Source: an uncultured Pseudomonadota bacterium
Lineage (GTDB): Bacteria > Pseudomonadota > Gammaproteobacteria > Burkholderiales > SG8-39
DNA: 64,000 nt
NCBI GenBank assembly: GCA_963834845.1
Contig: CAWICY010000004.1
Coordinates: 443,954 to 507,953 of the forward strand
Direction of reading: 5' to 3'
Shown: piece after piece, positions 41,039-52,914 of the stretch
How positions within the stretch are numbered: the first letter of the stretch is position 1
How the letters are laid out: the number at the start of each line of letters is the position of its first letter
The notes under the pieces: generated by a model
What the model saw: the letters and a program-made list of their open reading frames with translations, nothing else
Databases searched by the model: none
What the model was told of the DNA's origin: nothing
Made by a program: the position numbers and the translations under genes

Positions 41039-43370
41039 GCGGCGCGCGCCGAGCGCGCGCCAGACTTTCTCCGAAGTGAGGGGCATGTCGAGCTCGGCGA
41101 CGCCGCGCTCGGCGAGCGCGTCGAGTACCGCGTTGACCACCGCCGGCATCGCGCCGTGGCAGCCGGCCTCGCCCACGCCCTTGGCGCCGAGCGGATTGAG
41201 CGCGGTCGGCACCGACTCGTCGAACCCGGTCTCGAGCTCGGGCAGCGCATCCGCCCTCGGCATGGCGTAGTCCATGAACGACCCGGTGAGCAGCTGCCCG
41301 TTCTCGTCGTACACCGACTGCTCCATCAGCGCCTGCCCGATGCCCTGCATCATGCCCCCGTGCACCTGGCCCTCGGCGATCAGCGGGTTCATCACGCGGC
41401 CGACGTCGTCGACCGCCACGAGCCGCGCAAGCCGCACCTCGCCGGTATCGGGGTCGACCTCGGCCTCGCATACCTGGCAGCCGTTCGGCCAGGTCTGCCC
41501 CTTGACCGTCTCGCTGTGCGCGATGCTGATGCGCCGATCGGGCTGCTTCGCGGCGAGCTCGGCGAGGCCGATCGAACGGTCCGTGCCGGCGATGCGGTAG
41601 CGCCCCTCGGCGAATTCGATGTCGAGCGTCGCCGCCTCGAGCTCCTTCGCGGCGAGCGGCCTTGCCCATCTCGATCAGCGCGCGCGCGCCGACCAGCGTC
41701 GCGCTGCCGCCCACCTGCAGGCTGCGCGAGCCGCCGGCGCCGCCACCCGTCTTCGCGACGTCGGTGTCGCCCTGGATCACGCGCACCGCCTCGGGCGGCA
41801 CGCCGAGCAGCTCGGCGACGATCTGGGCATACGAAGTCTGGATGCCCTGGCCGATCTGCTGCGTGCCCGAGACCAGCGTCACCGTGCCGTCGGCCTCCAC
41901 CGTCAGGATCACCGCCTCGGTGACGCGCGCGCTGCCGGTGATCTCGATGTAGCAGGCGAGCCCCCGGCCATACAGCCTGCCCCGCTTGGCCGCGGCGGCC
42001 TTGCGCGCGGCGAACCCGTCCCAGTCGGCCGCGGCGAGCACCTCTTTCAGCAGCTTCGGAAAGTCGCCGCAGTCGTAGGTCTGCCCGGCCGGGTTCTTCC
42101 AGGGCATCTGCGCGGGCTTGACCATGTTCTTCAGGCGCAGCTCGATCGGGTCAACCTTCAGCTCGCGCGCGGCGCGCGTCACCAGCCGCTCGAGCAGGTA
42201 GCCCATCTCCGGGCGGCCCGCGCCGCGATAGGCGTCGACCGGCGTCGTGTTGGTGAAGAACATCCTCACTTCGTGATCGAGCCGCGGGATGTGGTACACG
42301 CCGGTCGGCGCGCGCACCCCGGACATCGCGGGCACGCAGGCGCCGAAGCTCGAGGCGTAGGCGCCGATGTTGGCGAGCGTGCGCAGGCGCAGCGCCGTGA
42401 AGCGCTGCGCGCCGTCGATCGCCAGCTCGGCCTCGGTGACGCTGTCGCGGCCGTGCACCTCCGAGAGGAAGTTCTCCGAGCGGTCGGCGCGCCACTTGAC
42501 CGCCCGCCCGAGCGCGCGCGCCGCGAAGCACAGGGCGGCATGCTCTGGATAGGCGTAGCCGCGCGCGCCGAAGCCGCCGCCCAGATCGCTGCAGCGGATG
42601 CGCAACTTGTCCTCCTCGACCTCGAACACCTTGGCGAGCTGCCCACGCACGGTGTGCGTATTCTGCGTCGGGCAGTAGAGCATGAAGCGTCCGGATTGCT
42701 CGTCGTATTGCGCCACGAGCGCCCGCGGCTCGAGCGGGTTCGCCACCACGCGCTGGTTCACCACGCGCAGCTTGACCACCTGCGCCGCGGCGGCGAAGGC
42801 GGCGTCGGCGGCGCCACGGTCGCCCATGCGGTAGATGGCGGCGATGTTGCCATGTTCGGGCGTAAACGCCGGCGCCCAGTGCACGGGCGCATCCGCGCTC
42901 GCGGCCGTGGGCAGGTCGGCGTTCGCTGGCAGCGGCTCCCAGTCCACCTCCACCAACTCGGCGGCGTCGCGCGCCTGGTCGCGCGTCTCGGCCACCACCA
43001 TCGCCACCGCGTCGCCGACGAAGCGCGCTACGTCGGCCGTCAGCGCGTGACGCGGCGGCACCGTCATGTCGGCGCCGTCGGGGCGCTTGTGCAGCTGCGT
43101 GAAGGGCACCGGCGCGAGGCCGGCCTCGAGCACGTCGGCGCCGGTATGCACCGCGAGCACCCCGGGCGCCGCGCGCGCCGCCGAAACGTCGATGCCGGCG
43201 ATCCTCGCATGCGCGTGCGGCGAGCGCACGAACGCCGCATGCGCTTCGTTCTCCAGCGTGACGTCGTCGGTGAAGCGTCCCTCGCCGCTGAGAAGCTTCC
43301 GGTCCTCCAGCCGGCGCAGCGGCTTGCCGATCCATTGGCTTGCGCCGGGTTGCATCGATTGTTCAGTCAT
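41035..43370 (-). pseudogene. xanthine dehydrogenase / CoxL family molybdopterin-binding subunit, frameshift near 41657, uncertain 3' end
   Basis: Track ORF 40911..43739 from MTEQSMQPG...WIGKPLRRLEDRKLLSGEGRFTDD up to ...ALIEMGKA. It continues in another frame as LAAKELEAATLDIEFAEGRYRIAG...VRLARLVAVDDVGRVMNPLIAEGQVHGG (track ORF 40748..41437). No small or medium subunit genes are adjacent. Confidence 0.75.
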
Positions 43371-43383
43371 ATGAGCCGATAAT

Positions 43384-44208
43384 ATGCCGTCCGACCCGGC
43401 AAGGCGACCCATGGAGCTGCCAGAATTCGAAACACTGCGCCTGGAGCGCGACGGCGAACACGTGCTCGTCGTGACGCTCGACCGCCCCGATGCGCTCAAC
43501 GCGCTCAACACGCAGATGGGGCTCGAGCAGCACGCCCTGTGGAGCGGGCTCACCGTCGAGCCAGGCGAGCTGCGCTCGGTGGTGCTCACCGGCGCGGGCG
43601 AGCGCACGTTCTGCGCCGGCGGCGACCTCAAGCAGCGCGACGGCATGAGCGACGAGGAATGGCGCGCGCAGCATGAGATCTTCGAGCGCTGCTTCGTCGC
43701 GCTCCTCGAGTGCCCGTTGCCGATGATCGCCGCGGTCAACGGCCACGCTTACGGCGGCGGGCTCGAGCTCGCCTTGTGCTGCGATTTCGCGTACGCGGCG
43801 CCCCACGCGCGCTTCGCGCTGTCGGAGGTGAAGCTCGGCATCATGCCCGGCGGCATGGGCACGCAGAACCTCGCGCGCGCGATCGGCGAGCGGCGCGCCA
43901 AGGAGATGATCATGAGCGGGCGCGCGATCGACGCCCGCCAGGCTCTGGACTGGGGCCTGGTCAACCGCGTGTGCGAGCTCGGCCGCGTGCTCGCCGATGC
44001 GCTCGAGACGGCGCGCGAGATCGCGGCGAATGGGCCCCTTTCGGTGCGCCAGGCAAAGAAGTCGGTGCACTACGGTCTGCAGACGGATCTGCTTACCGGC
44101 TACCGGTTCGAGATCGAGGCTTACAACCGCCTGGTGGGCACCGAGGACCGCCGCGAAGGCGTGCGCGCGTTCAACGAGAAACGAAAGCCCCGCTTCCGAG
44201 GGCGCTAG
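43384..44208 (+). CDS. enoyl-CoA hydratase/isomerase (crotonase) family protein
   Basis: 274 aa. VVTLDRPDALNAL...VLTGAGERTFCAGGDL...AAVNGHAYGGGLELALCCDF. Confidence 0.85.
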   Translation: MPSDPARRPMELPEFETLRLERDGEHVLVVTLDRPDALNALNTQMGLEQHALWSGLTVEPGELRSVVLTGAGERTFCAGGDLKQRDGMSDEEWRAQHEIFERCFVALLECPLPMIAAVNGHAYGGGLELALCCDFAYAAPHARFALSEVKLGIMPGGMGTQNLARAIGERRAKEMIMSGRAIDARQALDWGLVNRVCELGRVLADALETAREIAANGPLSVRQAKKSVHYGLQTDLLTGYRFEIEAYNRLVGTEDRREGVRAFNEKRKPRFRGR

Positions 44209-44225
44209 AGCGCCTGGCGCGGTCC

Positions 44226-45287
44226 TTAGAGCGCGAAGCGCCTAACCTTCTCCCAGTCGACGAGCGAGGCGTAGTCGGCCGTTTCCGGCAGCTCGACGCA
44301 ACCGTCGTGTATCGGCAGGTCGGTGGTGGCCACCTGTTGGGTCATGTTGAGGTAGAACGTCTGCTCAGCGGGCATGGTGCCCGGCAATTGCAGGTTGATG
44401 AGCGTGCCGAGAAGGCTCTCGGCGTAGATCCCGACCGCCACCTTCGCCCGGGCGCGCGCCGCGAGCGTCGCGATCGCGCGAGTTTCGGAAAGGCCCACGC
44501 GCCCGGGCTTGGCTGACAACGCCCTGGCGCCGCGCTCGAGGTACAGTGCCGCGTCGGCCGCCGAGGCGCAGCTCGAATCCACCAGGATCGGAATGGCGCA
44601 GGCGCGCTGCAGCGCCTCGAATTCGCCGTCCGGCGCGAGCGGGCTCGGATCCTCGGCGACGCGGGCTCCGGCGGCGGCGATGGCGCGCACGTAGTCGAGC
44701 GCCTCGTCGCGCCGGTAAGCTCCGTTCGCATCTACGTACAGCTCGACGCCCGGGCCGACCGCGGCACGGATGCTCTCCAGCGCTGCGAGGTCGGTCTCCA
44801 GGCCCTGCCCGCCCTTCACCTTTAGCGTCTTGAAGCCGTGCCGTTCGCACGCCTCCTTCGATTCGGCGGCCATCAGCGCCGGCGCCCCGCGGGTCACGGT
44901 CCACGCGAGCTCGACTTTGCGCGTACCGCCCCACAGCTGCCACAGCGGCTTGCCCGCCGCGGCGGCGTGCAGCGCCCAGCAGGCGTTGTCGATGAGTGCC
45001 TTGGCGAGGCGGTTCTCGGGAACTCCGGCGAAGGCCTGGGGCACCTCGTCGACGTCGCGGCCGATGACGCGCGGCAGCAGCACGTCCTCGAGCGCCGCCG
45101 CGAGCGAGCGCGGCGAGACCGCCGACCAGGTCGCCTTCACCGTGCCTTCGGCGATGCCTACGCGGCCGTCGTCCGATGTCAGCGTGAGCAGCGCGAAGAT
45201 GCCGGCGTTCTCGACGGCGTTCGACCACACCACTTCGCGCGCGTACGGCAAACGGTAAAAGTGCAGCGACCAGCGCTCGAGCTTCAT
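44226..45287 (-). CDS. mandelate racemase / muconate lactonizing enzyme (enolase superfamily) protein
   Basis: 353 aa. FKTLKVKGG...ELYVDANGAY...VAEDP...PILVDSS. Confidence 0.8.
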   Translation of the reverse strand: MKLERWSLHFYRLPYAREVVWSNAVENAGIFALLTLTSDDGRVGIAEGTVKATWSAVSPRSLAAALEDVLLPRVIGRDVDEVPQAFAGVPENRLAKALIDNACWALHAAAAGKPLWQLWGGTRKVELAWTVTRGAPALMAAESKEACERHGFKTLKVKGGQGLETDLAALESIRAAVGPGVELYVDANGAYRRDEALDYVRAIAAAGARVAEDPSPLAPDGEFEALQRACAIPILVDSSCASAADAALYLERGARALSAKPGRVGLSETRAIATLAARARAKVAVGIYAESLLGTLINLQLPGTMPAEQTFYLNMTQQVATTDLPIHDGCVELPETADYASLVDWEKVRRFAL

Positions 45288-45323
45288 GGCATGCTATCGT
45301 GCCTTGAGGGAGGTGAGCGGGCA

Positions 45324-46193
45324 ATGGCGCTTGAAGTGGAGTGCGTTGCGCGCGGCTCGGACATCCTCGGCGAGTGCCCGCTGTGGGACGAGCGCGAGTG
45401 CAAGCTGTGGTGGGTGGACAGCCGCGCCCCGGCGCTCAAGCGTCTCGATCCCGCGAGCGGCACCGTCAAGCAGCGCATGCTCGGCGAAGTGGTGGGCAGC
45501 GTCGCGTTCCGTGCCAAGGGCGGTTTCGTTGCCGCGCTCAAGTCCGGCCTTTATTTCCTCGATTCGTCGAGCGGCAAGCTCGAGCCCGTGGCGAATCCCG
45601 AAAAGAGGCTGCCCGAGAACCGCTTCAACGACGGACGCTGCGACCGCGACGGGCGCTTCTGGGCGGGCACCATGAGCGACGCGAAGCGCGAGCCTGTCGG
45701 CGCGCTCTACCGGCTCGATGCCGACCACAAGTGCACGCCCCAGCGCGAAGACATCGTGGTGCCCAACAGCCTTTGCTGGAGCCCCGACGGACGCACCATG
45801 TACTTCGCCGACACGCACCGGCACACCATCTGGGCATTCGACTACGACCGCGCGAGCGGCGCGATCGCCAACGAGCGCGTGTTCGCCGACACCTCGCCCG
45901 GGCGCCCCGACGGCTCGTGCATCGACGCCGAGGGCTGCGTGTGGAACTGCGTCTACGGCGGCTGGCGCATCGTGCGCTATGCGCCAAGCGGCAAGGTCGA
46001 TCGCGTGATCGAAGTGCCGGTCGCGAACCCGACCTGCTGCTGCTTCGGCGGCGCCGCGCTCGACACCCTGTATTTCACCAGCGCCACCCAGCGCCTTAAG
46101 CCCGAAGACCTCGCCAGGCAGCCGCTCGCCGGCAGCGTGCTCGCGCTGCGCCCCGGCGTGAAGGGCCTGCCCGAGTCGCGCTACGCGGGCTGA
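45324..46193 (+). CDS. SMP-30/gluconolactonase/LRE family protein
   Basis: In frame with track ORF 44838..46193. LGECPLWDE...RFNDGRCDRDGRFWAGTM...PNSLCWSPDG..MYFADT...DGSCIDAEG. Confidence 0.85.
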   Translation: MALEVECVARGSDILGECPLWDERECKLWWVDSRAPALKRLDPASGTVKQRMLGEVVGSVAFRAKGGFVAALKSGLYFLDSSSGKLEPVANPEKRLPENRFNDGRCDRDGRFWAGTMSDAKREPVGALYRLDADHKCTPQREDIVVPNSLCWSPDGRTMYFADTHRHTIWAFDYDRASGAIANERVFADTSPGRPDGSCIDAEGCVWNCVYGGWRIVRYAPSGKVDRVIEVPVANPTCCCFGGAALDTLYFTSATQRLKPEDLARQPLAGSVLALRPGVKGLPESRYAG

Positions 46194-46195
46194 GT

Positions 46196-47704
<1,509 letters not shown>

Positions 47705-47774
47705 GGGGGACCTCCTCCTCGACCCTCGTATTCTACGCAGCCCGCAGCAGGCTGCGCGGCCCGCCCCCCGCCAG

Positions 47775-48101
47775 TCAGCGGGTCTTGATGCTCTGCAGGA
47801 GCCCGGCGTTGGGGCAGAACTTGTCGTAGCCCTCGCGCGCGCCGGAATCGAGCCACGCCGCGCAATCCTGCTGCGCGGCGCACAGCACGCAGCGCCGGCT
47901 CGCCAGCGCCATCTCGTGGTCGAGCGGCGCGGATCGCAATTCTGCGGGCGCGATGCCTACGCGCTGCATCATGCGCCCGATAAGCAGCGGCTCCTCCCTG
48001 CGCAGCACGCGCATCCAGCTTACGATCAGGCCATAGCCGAGCATCGCCGCCGCGACCAGCATCGACGCCAGCAGCACGGAACCCGCAAACGAAGTTTCCA
48101 T
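47775..48101 (-). CDS. small membrane-anchored Cys-rich protein (DUF6455-like)
   Basis: 108 aa. N-terminal TM, then MMQRVGI...RRCVLCAAQQDCAAWL...FCPNAGLL. The family assignment is from memory of the CxxC...C..WL...FCPN pattern. Confidence 0.6.
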   Translation of the reverse strand: METSFAGSVLLASMLVAAAMLGYGLIVSWMRVLRREEPLLIGRMMQRVGIAPAELRSAPLDHEMALASRRCVLCAAQQDCAAWLDSGAREGYDKFCPNAGLLQSIKTR

Positions 48102-48161
48102 AGAGCCTCTCTTCTCGTCGCCCAGTACGGCTCGACACTACTCCCGATCCCGCCGCGCGAC

Positions 48162-48175
48162 TTGAGGCACGTCAA
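48162..48175. promoter_or_regulatory. FNR/Anr-like box TTGAGGCACGTCAA
   Basis: One mismatch to TTGAT-N4-GTCAA. Centred 67 nt upstream of the DUF6455-like ATG (48101, -) and 27 nt upstream of the mnmC ATG (48196, +). Confidence 0.35.
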
Positions 48176-48195
48176 ATCGCTATACTGCCCGCGCC

Positions 48196-50046
48196 ATGCC
48201 TGCACCGCTGGTACCCGCCCGTCCGGGCTTCGCCCCAGACGGCACCCCCTGGTCGGAGCGCTACGACGACGTTTACCACAGCGCTGCCGGCGGCCCGGCG
48301 CAGGCGCGGCACGTGTTCCTCGCCGGCAACGGACTGCCCGAGCGTTGGGCACGCAGGGGGCTTTTCACTGTGCTCGAAGCCGGCTTCGGCCTCGGGCTGA
48401 ACTTCCTCGCCACGTGGGCCGCGTGGCGCGAAGATCCAAAGCGCTGCGAGCGGCTGCATTTCGTCTCCATCGAGAAGCACCCGTTCGCCGCCGGCGACCT
48501 CGCGCAGCTGCACGCGCGCTATGCCGAGCTCGAAGCGCTTTCCGCGCAGTTGCGCGACGCCTGGCCGCTGCTGGTTCCCGGGATGCATCGTCTCGAGTTC
48601 GAGGGCGGGCGAGTGCTGTTGACGCTCGCGTTCGCCGACGTCGCCGATGCGCTGCCGCAGCTGCGGCTGGCCGCCGATGCGATCTATCTCGACGGCTTCG
48701 CACCGGCGAAGAACGCGGAGATGTGGTCGGGTGCGACCATGAAGGGGCTCGCCCGCAAGGCGGCGCGCGGCGCCACCGCCGCCACCTGGAGCGCGGCTGC
48801 CGCGCTGCGGGCCGCGCTCGAGAGCGCCGGATTCGAGGTGGAGAAGCGGGCCGGCTTCGCGGCCAAGCGCGACATGCTCGCGGCGCGCTACGCGCCGCGC
48901 TGGAAGGTGACAGCCGCGCCGGCGGCGTCGCCCGAGCGCCGCGCGCTGGTAGTGGGCGCGGGCATCGCCGGCGCCGCGGTGTGCGAGCGGCTCGCCGCGC
49001 GCGGCTGGCAGGTGACGCTCATCGAGCGGCGGCGCGAAGCGGCGGCGGAGACCTCGGGCAACCACGCGGGCGCTTTTCATCCCGTGGTGACGCCAGACGA
49101 CAGCGTGCTCGCGCGCCTGACGCGCGCCGGGACGCTGTACGCGCTGCGCCGTTGGCAGGCGCTTCCGGCGTTCACCTGGGCGCGCTGCGGAGCACTGCAC
49201 CTGGCGCGCGAGCCGCACGAAGAAGCCGCTCAGCGCGCAGCGCTCGAGGCGCTCCACTATCCGCCGGAGTACGCGCGCTACGTCGCGCGCGACGAGGCCT
49301 CGCGCATCGCCGGCGTCGAGCTGGCCGTCGGCGGCATCTGGTTCCCGCAAAGCGGCTGGGTGCGCCCGCCCAGCCTGGCGCGCGCGCAACTCGCGCATGC
49401 GGCCGCGGAAGCATGCTTCGGCTTCGAGGTCGCTTCGCTCATGCAGGATGGAGAGGGCTGGACCGCGCGCGACGCCTCGGGCACGGCGATCGCCAGCGCG
49501 CCGGTGGCGGTGCTCGCCAATGCCGTCGACGCCGCGCGCCTCGCGCCCGCCGCCACCGCGATCGCGCTGCGTAGCGTGCGCGGCCAGCTTACGCACCTGC
49601 CCGCCAAGTCGATTCGCGCGCCGCGCGTGGTGGTGCTGCGCGGCGGCCTCGCGCTGCCCGCGGTGGACGGCATCGCGGTAATCGGCGCGAGCTACGATTT
49701 CGACGACGACGACCCCGCGCCACGCCCCGCGGGCCATGCCGGCAACCTCGAGCGACTGGAGAGGATCGTGCCCGGCGCGGCGCGCGGCCTCGATCCCGCC
49801 GCGCTGGAGGGGCGCGTCGGGTTTCGCGCCGTGACGCGCGATCGCCTGCCGGTGGTCGGGATGCTCGCGCCGGGGCTCTACGGCGCGTTCGGATACGGCT
49901 CGCGCGGACTGGTGTGGGCCGCGCTCGCCGCCGAGCTGCTGGCGAGCCTCGTCGAAGGCGAGCCGCTGCCGGTCGAAGGCGTGCTCGCGGATGCGCTCGA
50001 CCCGGCGCGCTTCAGGCGTCGCGCGAGGGCCGGGCTAGCGCCCTGA
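48196..50046 (+). CDS. mnmC: bifunctional tRNA (mnm5s2U34) methyltransferase / FAD-dependent cmnm5s2U34 oxidoreductase
   Basis: 616 aa. N-terminal MnmD-type domain (DDVYHS...FTVLEAGFGLGLNFL...DAIYLDGFAP) and C-terminal FAD domain (ALVVGAGIAGAAVCERLAARG). Confidence 0.9.
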   Translation: MPAPLVPARPGFAPDGTPWSERYDDVYHSAAGGPAQARHVFLAGNGLPERWARRGLFTVLEAGFGLGLNFLATWAAWREDPKRCERLHFVSIEKHPFAAGDLAQLHARYAELEALSAQLRDAWPLLVPGMHRLEFEGGRVLLTLAFADVADALPQLRLAADAIYLDGFAPAKNAEMWSGATMKGLARKAARGATAATWSAAAALRAALESAGFEVEKRAGFAAKRDMLAARYAPRWKVTAAPAASPERRALVVGAGIAGAAVCERLAARGWQVTLIERRREAAAETSGNHAGAFHPVVTPDDSVLARLTRAGTLYALRRWQALPAFTWARCGALHLAREPHEEAAQRAALEALHYPPEYARYVARDEASRIAGVELAVGGIWFPQSGWVRPPSLARAQLAHAAAEACFGFEVASLMQDGEGWTARDASGTAIASAPVAVLANAVDAARLAPAATAIALRSVRGQLTHLPAKSIRAPRVVVLRGGLALPAVDGIAVIGASYDFDDDDPAPRPAGHAGNLERLERIVPGAARGLDPAALEGRVGFRAVTRDRLPVVGMLAPGLYGAFGYGSRGLVWAALAAELLASLVEGEPLPVEGVLADALDPARFRRRARAGLAP

Positions 50047-52879
50047 AGTCGACGCGCGCGCCCGCCGCGTCGGGCTCGCCAGCGCGCGCCAGGATCGCCT
50101 CCCGCGTGCGGTCGCGCAGCCGGATCGCGGCGTGCCAGTCGGCGCCGTCGGGCAGGATCGGCTCGCAGACCAGCACCTCGAGCCGCGCCGGGCGCGGAAA
50201 CCAGATCTGGTCCGGCAGCATGCTGCGCGTGCCGCGCAGCACCACCGGCACGACCGCCGCGCCCGCGCTTACGGCCGAGACGAAGGCCCCCATGCGGAAC
50301 GGCAGCACGCCGGGGTCGCGCCGCAGGGTGCCCTCGGGAAACACCAGCGGTGCGATGCCGGCACGCGCGCGCGCCTCGATCGCGCGGTGGTCCTCGACGC
50401 CGCGCGCGACGTCGACGCGCTCGACGAACAGGCTGCCGAGACGGCCGAGCAGCGTGCCGGCGATAAGCTGCGCCGCCAGCTCGCGCTTGGCGACGAAGGC
50501 AACGCGCGCCGGCAGCGCCGCGGTGAGCAGCAAGCCGTCGAGATAGCTGGCATGGTTGGACACCACGATCGCGTTCAGCCCGGGCGCGAGGCGCTCGGCG
50601 CCGTCGACGCGCGGCATCGCGCCCCACAGACGGAACACGAGCCGCGCGGCGCCCCGGGCGAGCGAGCGCGCGCGCGCTTCGTCGCGCGTCGCCGCGATCA
50701 GCAGCCAGGCCGGCAGCGCGACGAGAAAGAAGCTCGCGAACGCCCATGTCCCCCACGCGAGCTCCCCCGCGCGCCGCAGCGCGCCGCGCACGCGCAGCGC
50801 GACGCCCTCGGCGCCGAGCAGCGTGAGCTGCAGCCAGGCCGGGCGCTCCGCGGCGCCCAGCGTGCCGCGCTCGTAGAGCTCGCGGCAGGCGGCGCGCCGG
50901 ATCTTGCCGCTCGAGGTCTTGAGCACGGTGCGCGGCGCCGCGAGCACCACTTCGTCGGCCGGCATGCCGATCAGGTCGACCGCGAGGTGGTCGATTTCGG
51001 CGATCATGCGCGCGCGCTCCTCGGGCTTCGCCTCGCGGGTTTCGGCGAGCACCACCAGCCGCTCGGTGCCGGTGCGCGCGTCGCTCGCTGCGAACACCGC
51101 CACGCCGCCGTGGCGCACGCCCTTCACCTCGCCCGCGGCCTCCTCCAGTTCCATGGGGTGGATGTTGTGGCCACCGCGGATGATCACGTCCTTCGCGCGC
51201 CCCGTGATGAACAGCTCGCCGCTCGCGAGGTAGCCGAGATCGCCGGTGTTGCGCCAGGCGCCGTCGATCAGCTTCGCAGTCTCCTCCGGGTTTTCGAAGT
51301 AGCCGCTGCTCGCGGACGGGCCGCTGAACTGGACCATGCCCTGCACGCGCTCGCCGAGCTCGTGGCCGCGCTCGTCCACCGCGCGCAGCGCATGGCCCGG
51401 CAACGCGCGCCCGCAGGCCACCACGCGCAGCGGTAGCGGGTCGTCGTCGCGCGCCAGCCGCGCCACGCCGCGGCTCTGGAAATGGGCGCGGTCGATGCGC
51501 TCGATGAGCGGGCCGCGACCGAGCGGCGGGAACGCCGTGCCGAGGCAGCATTCGGCCAGCCCGTAAACCGGCGTCATCGCCTCGCGCCTGAAGCCGTAGC
51601 GCGCGAAGCGCTCGCAGAAGCGCTCGATGGTGTCGGCGCTGACTGCCTCGGCGCCGTTGAATGACAGTCGCAGCGAGCCGAGCTCGAGCCCCTCGAGGTC
51701 GCGATCCGAGAGCTTGCCGAGGCACAGCTCGTAGGCGAAGTTGGGCGCCGAGGTGAGCGTGCCACGGTGTTGCTGGATGCGCCGCAGCCAGCGCGCCGGG
51801 CGCGACAGGAACGCGAGCGGCGACATGAGCACCAGCGGGAACGCGAACAGCATCGAGCCGAGGCAGGCGCCGATCAGCCCCATGTCGTGGTACAGCGGCA
51901 GCCAGGACACGAAGGTGTCGGCCGAGCTGACGCGCGCGGCCGCGCCCATGGCGCGCAGATTGGCGAGCAGGTTCGCGTGCGACAGCACGACGCCCTTCGG
52001 CCTTCCGGTGCTGCCCGAGGTGTATTGCAGGAATGCGGTATCACCCGCCCCTGCGCGATGCGCGGGCGCGCTGCCGTCGGCCTCAAGCACGTCGCCGACC
52101 GTCGCCACGTGCCGCAGGGACCCGGCGTGCGTCTGCAGCACGTGGGCGAAGGCCTTGGCCTGCTCGATGGTAACGAACAACCCCGCACCGCTGTTGGCGA
52201 CGATGCCGGCAATGCGCCGGAAGTGCTGCTCGAGCTGCGCCGGCCGCGCCGGCGGATAGAGCGGCACCGGGATCGCCCCGACGCGCAGCGTGCCGTAGAA
52301 CGCCACGAAGAACTCCCGGCTGGTGGGCAGCATGATGGCGACGCGCTCGCCGGGCGCGACGCCGCGCGCCGCGAGGCCCGCGCCGAAGTCACGCGCGGCC
52401 CCGGCCAGGGCGCCGTAGCTGATCTCCTCGGGCGCCTCGCGCTCGCCGTAGAGCGTGATGTGCACGCGCTGCGGATGCTGCGCGACGTGCCAGTCGAACG
52501 CCTCGGTGAGCGTCTCAACCGACGCGGGCGCCTGGTCGACCGCCTCGGGCGCGCGCACCGGCACGGGAGCGGGCTCGCGCATGGCGGCCTCGGCAACGGG
52601 AGCGCTGCCGATGAAGCGCAGCAGGTCGCGCGGCGTCTCGACCTCGCTGAAGGCTTCCTCGGGCAGGCGCACGCCCCAGGCCTGCTCGACGCGCGCGGCG
52701 AGCTCGACGCGCGCCAGGCTGTCGAGGCCGAAGTCGCGCTCGAGCGAATGATCGAGCCCCAGCGACTCGACGCGCTCGTCCTGCGGATGCAGCTCGCGCG
52801 CCAGCACGCGCAGCAGCTCGAGGAGCCGCGCGCCCGAGTGGTCACCAGTTTGCTCCGATCCCCTCGGCGCTGTGTCCAT
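50012..52879 (-). CDS. tri-domain carrier protein - acyl-AMP ligase - lysophospholipid acyltransferase (Aas-related)
   Basis: 955 aa. ACP-like FGLDSLARVEL. AMP-binding LQYTSGSTGRPKGVVLSH and GDLGY. Acyltransferase VSNHASYLDG (HX4D) and VFPEGTLRR. Confidence 0.85.
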   Translation of the reverse strand: MDTAPRGSEQTGDHSGARLLELLRVLARELHPQDERVESLGLDHSLERDFGLDSLARVELAARVEQAWGVRLPEEAFSEVETPRDLLRFIGSAPVAEAAMREPAPVPVRAPEAVDQAPASVETLTEAFDWHVAQHPQRVHITLYGEREAPEEISYGALAGAARDFGAGLAARGVAPGERVAIMLPTSREFFVAFYGTLRVGAIPVPLYPPARPAQLEQHFRRIAGIVANSGAGLFVTIEQAKAFAHVLQTHAGSLRHVATVGDVLEADGSAPAHRAGAGDTAFLQYTSGSTGRPKGVVLSHANLLANLRAMGAAARVSSADTFVSWLPLYHDMGLIGACLGSMLFAFPLVLMSPLAFLSRPARWLRRIQQHRGTLTSAPNFAYELCLGKLSDRDLEGLELGSLRLSFNGAEAVSADTIERFCERFARYGFRREAMTPVYGLAECCLGTAFPPLGRGPLIERIDRAHFQSRGVARLARDDDPLPLRVVACGRALPGHALRAVDERGHELGERVQGMVQFSGPSASSGYFENPEETAKLIDGAWRNTGDLGYLASGELFITGRAKDVIIRGGHNIHPMELEEAAGEVKGVRHGGVAVFAASDARTGTERLVVLAETREAKPEERARMIAEIDHLAVDLIGMPADEVVLAAPRTVLKTSSGKIRRAACRELYERGTLGAAERPAWLQLTLLGAEGVALRVRGALRRAGELAWGTWAFASFFLVALPAWLLIAATRDEARARSLARGAARLVFRLWGAMPRVDGAERLAPGLNAIVVSNHASYLDGLLLTAALPARVAFVAKRELAAQLIAGTLLGRLGSLFVERVDVARGVEDHRAIEARARAGIAPLVFPEGTLRRDPGVLPFRMGAFVSAVSAGAAVVPVVLRGTRSMLPDQIWFPRPARLEVLVCEPILPDGADWHAAIRLRDRTREAILARAGEPDAAGARVDFRALARPSRDA

Positions 52880-52914
52880 GCGCTACCGCTGCCCGCCCCG
52901 CTTCGCGGCGTATT

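Noticed and set aside
48162-48196. FNR-like box as a regulator of mnmC
   Set aside because: The box centre lies only about 12 nt from the TATACT -10-like hexamer and 27 nt from the mnmC ATG. That spacing does not fit FNR activation. If the box is functional it more plausibly serves the divergent DUF6455-like gene.
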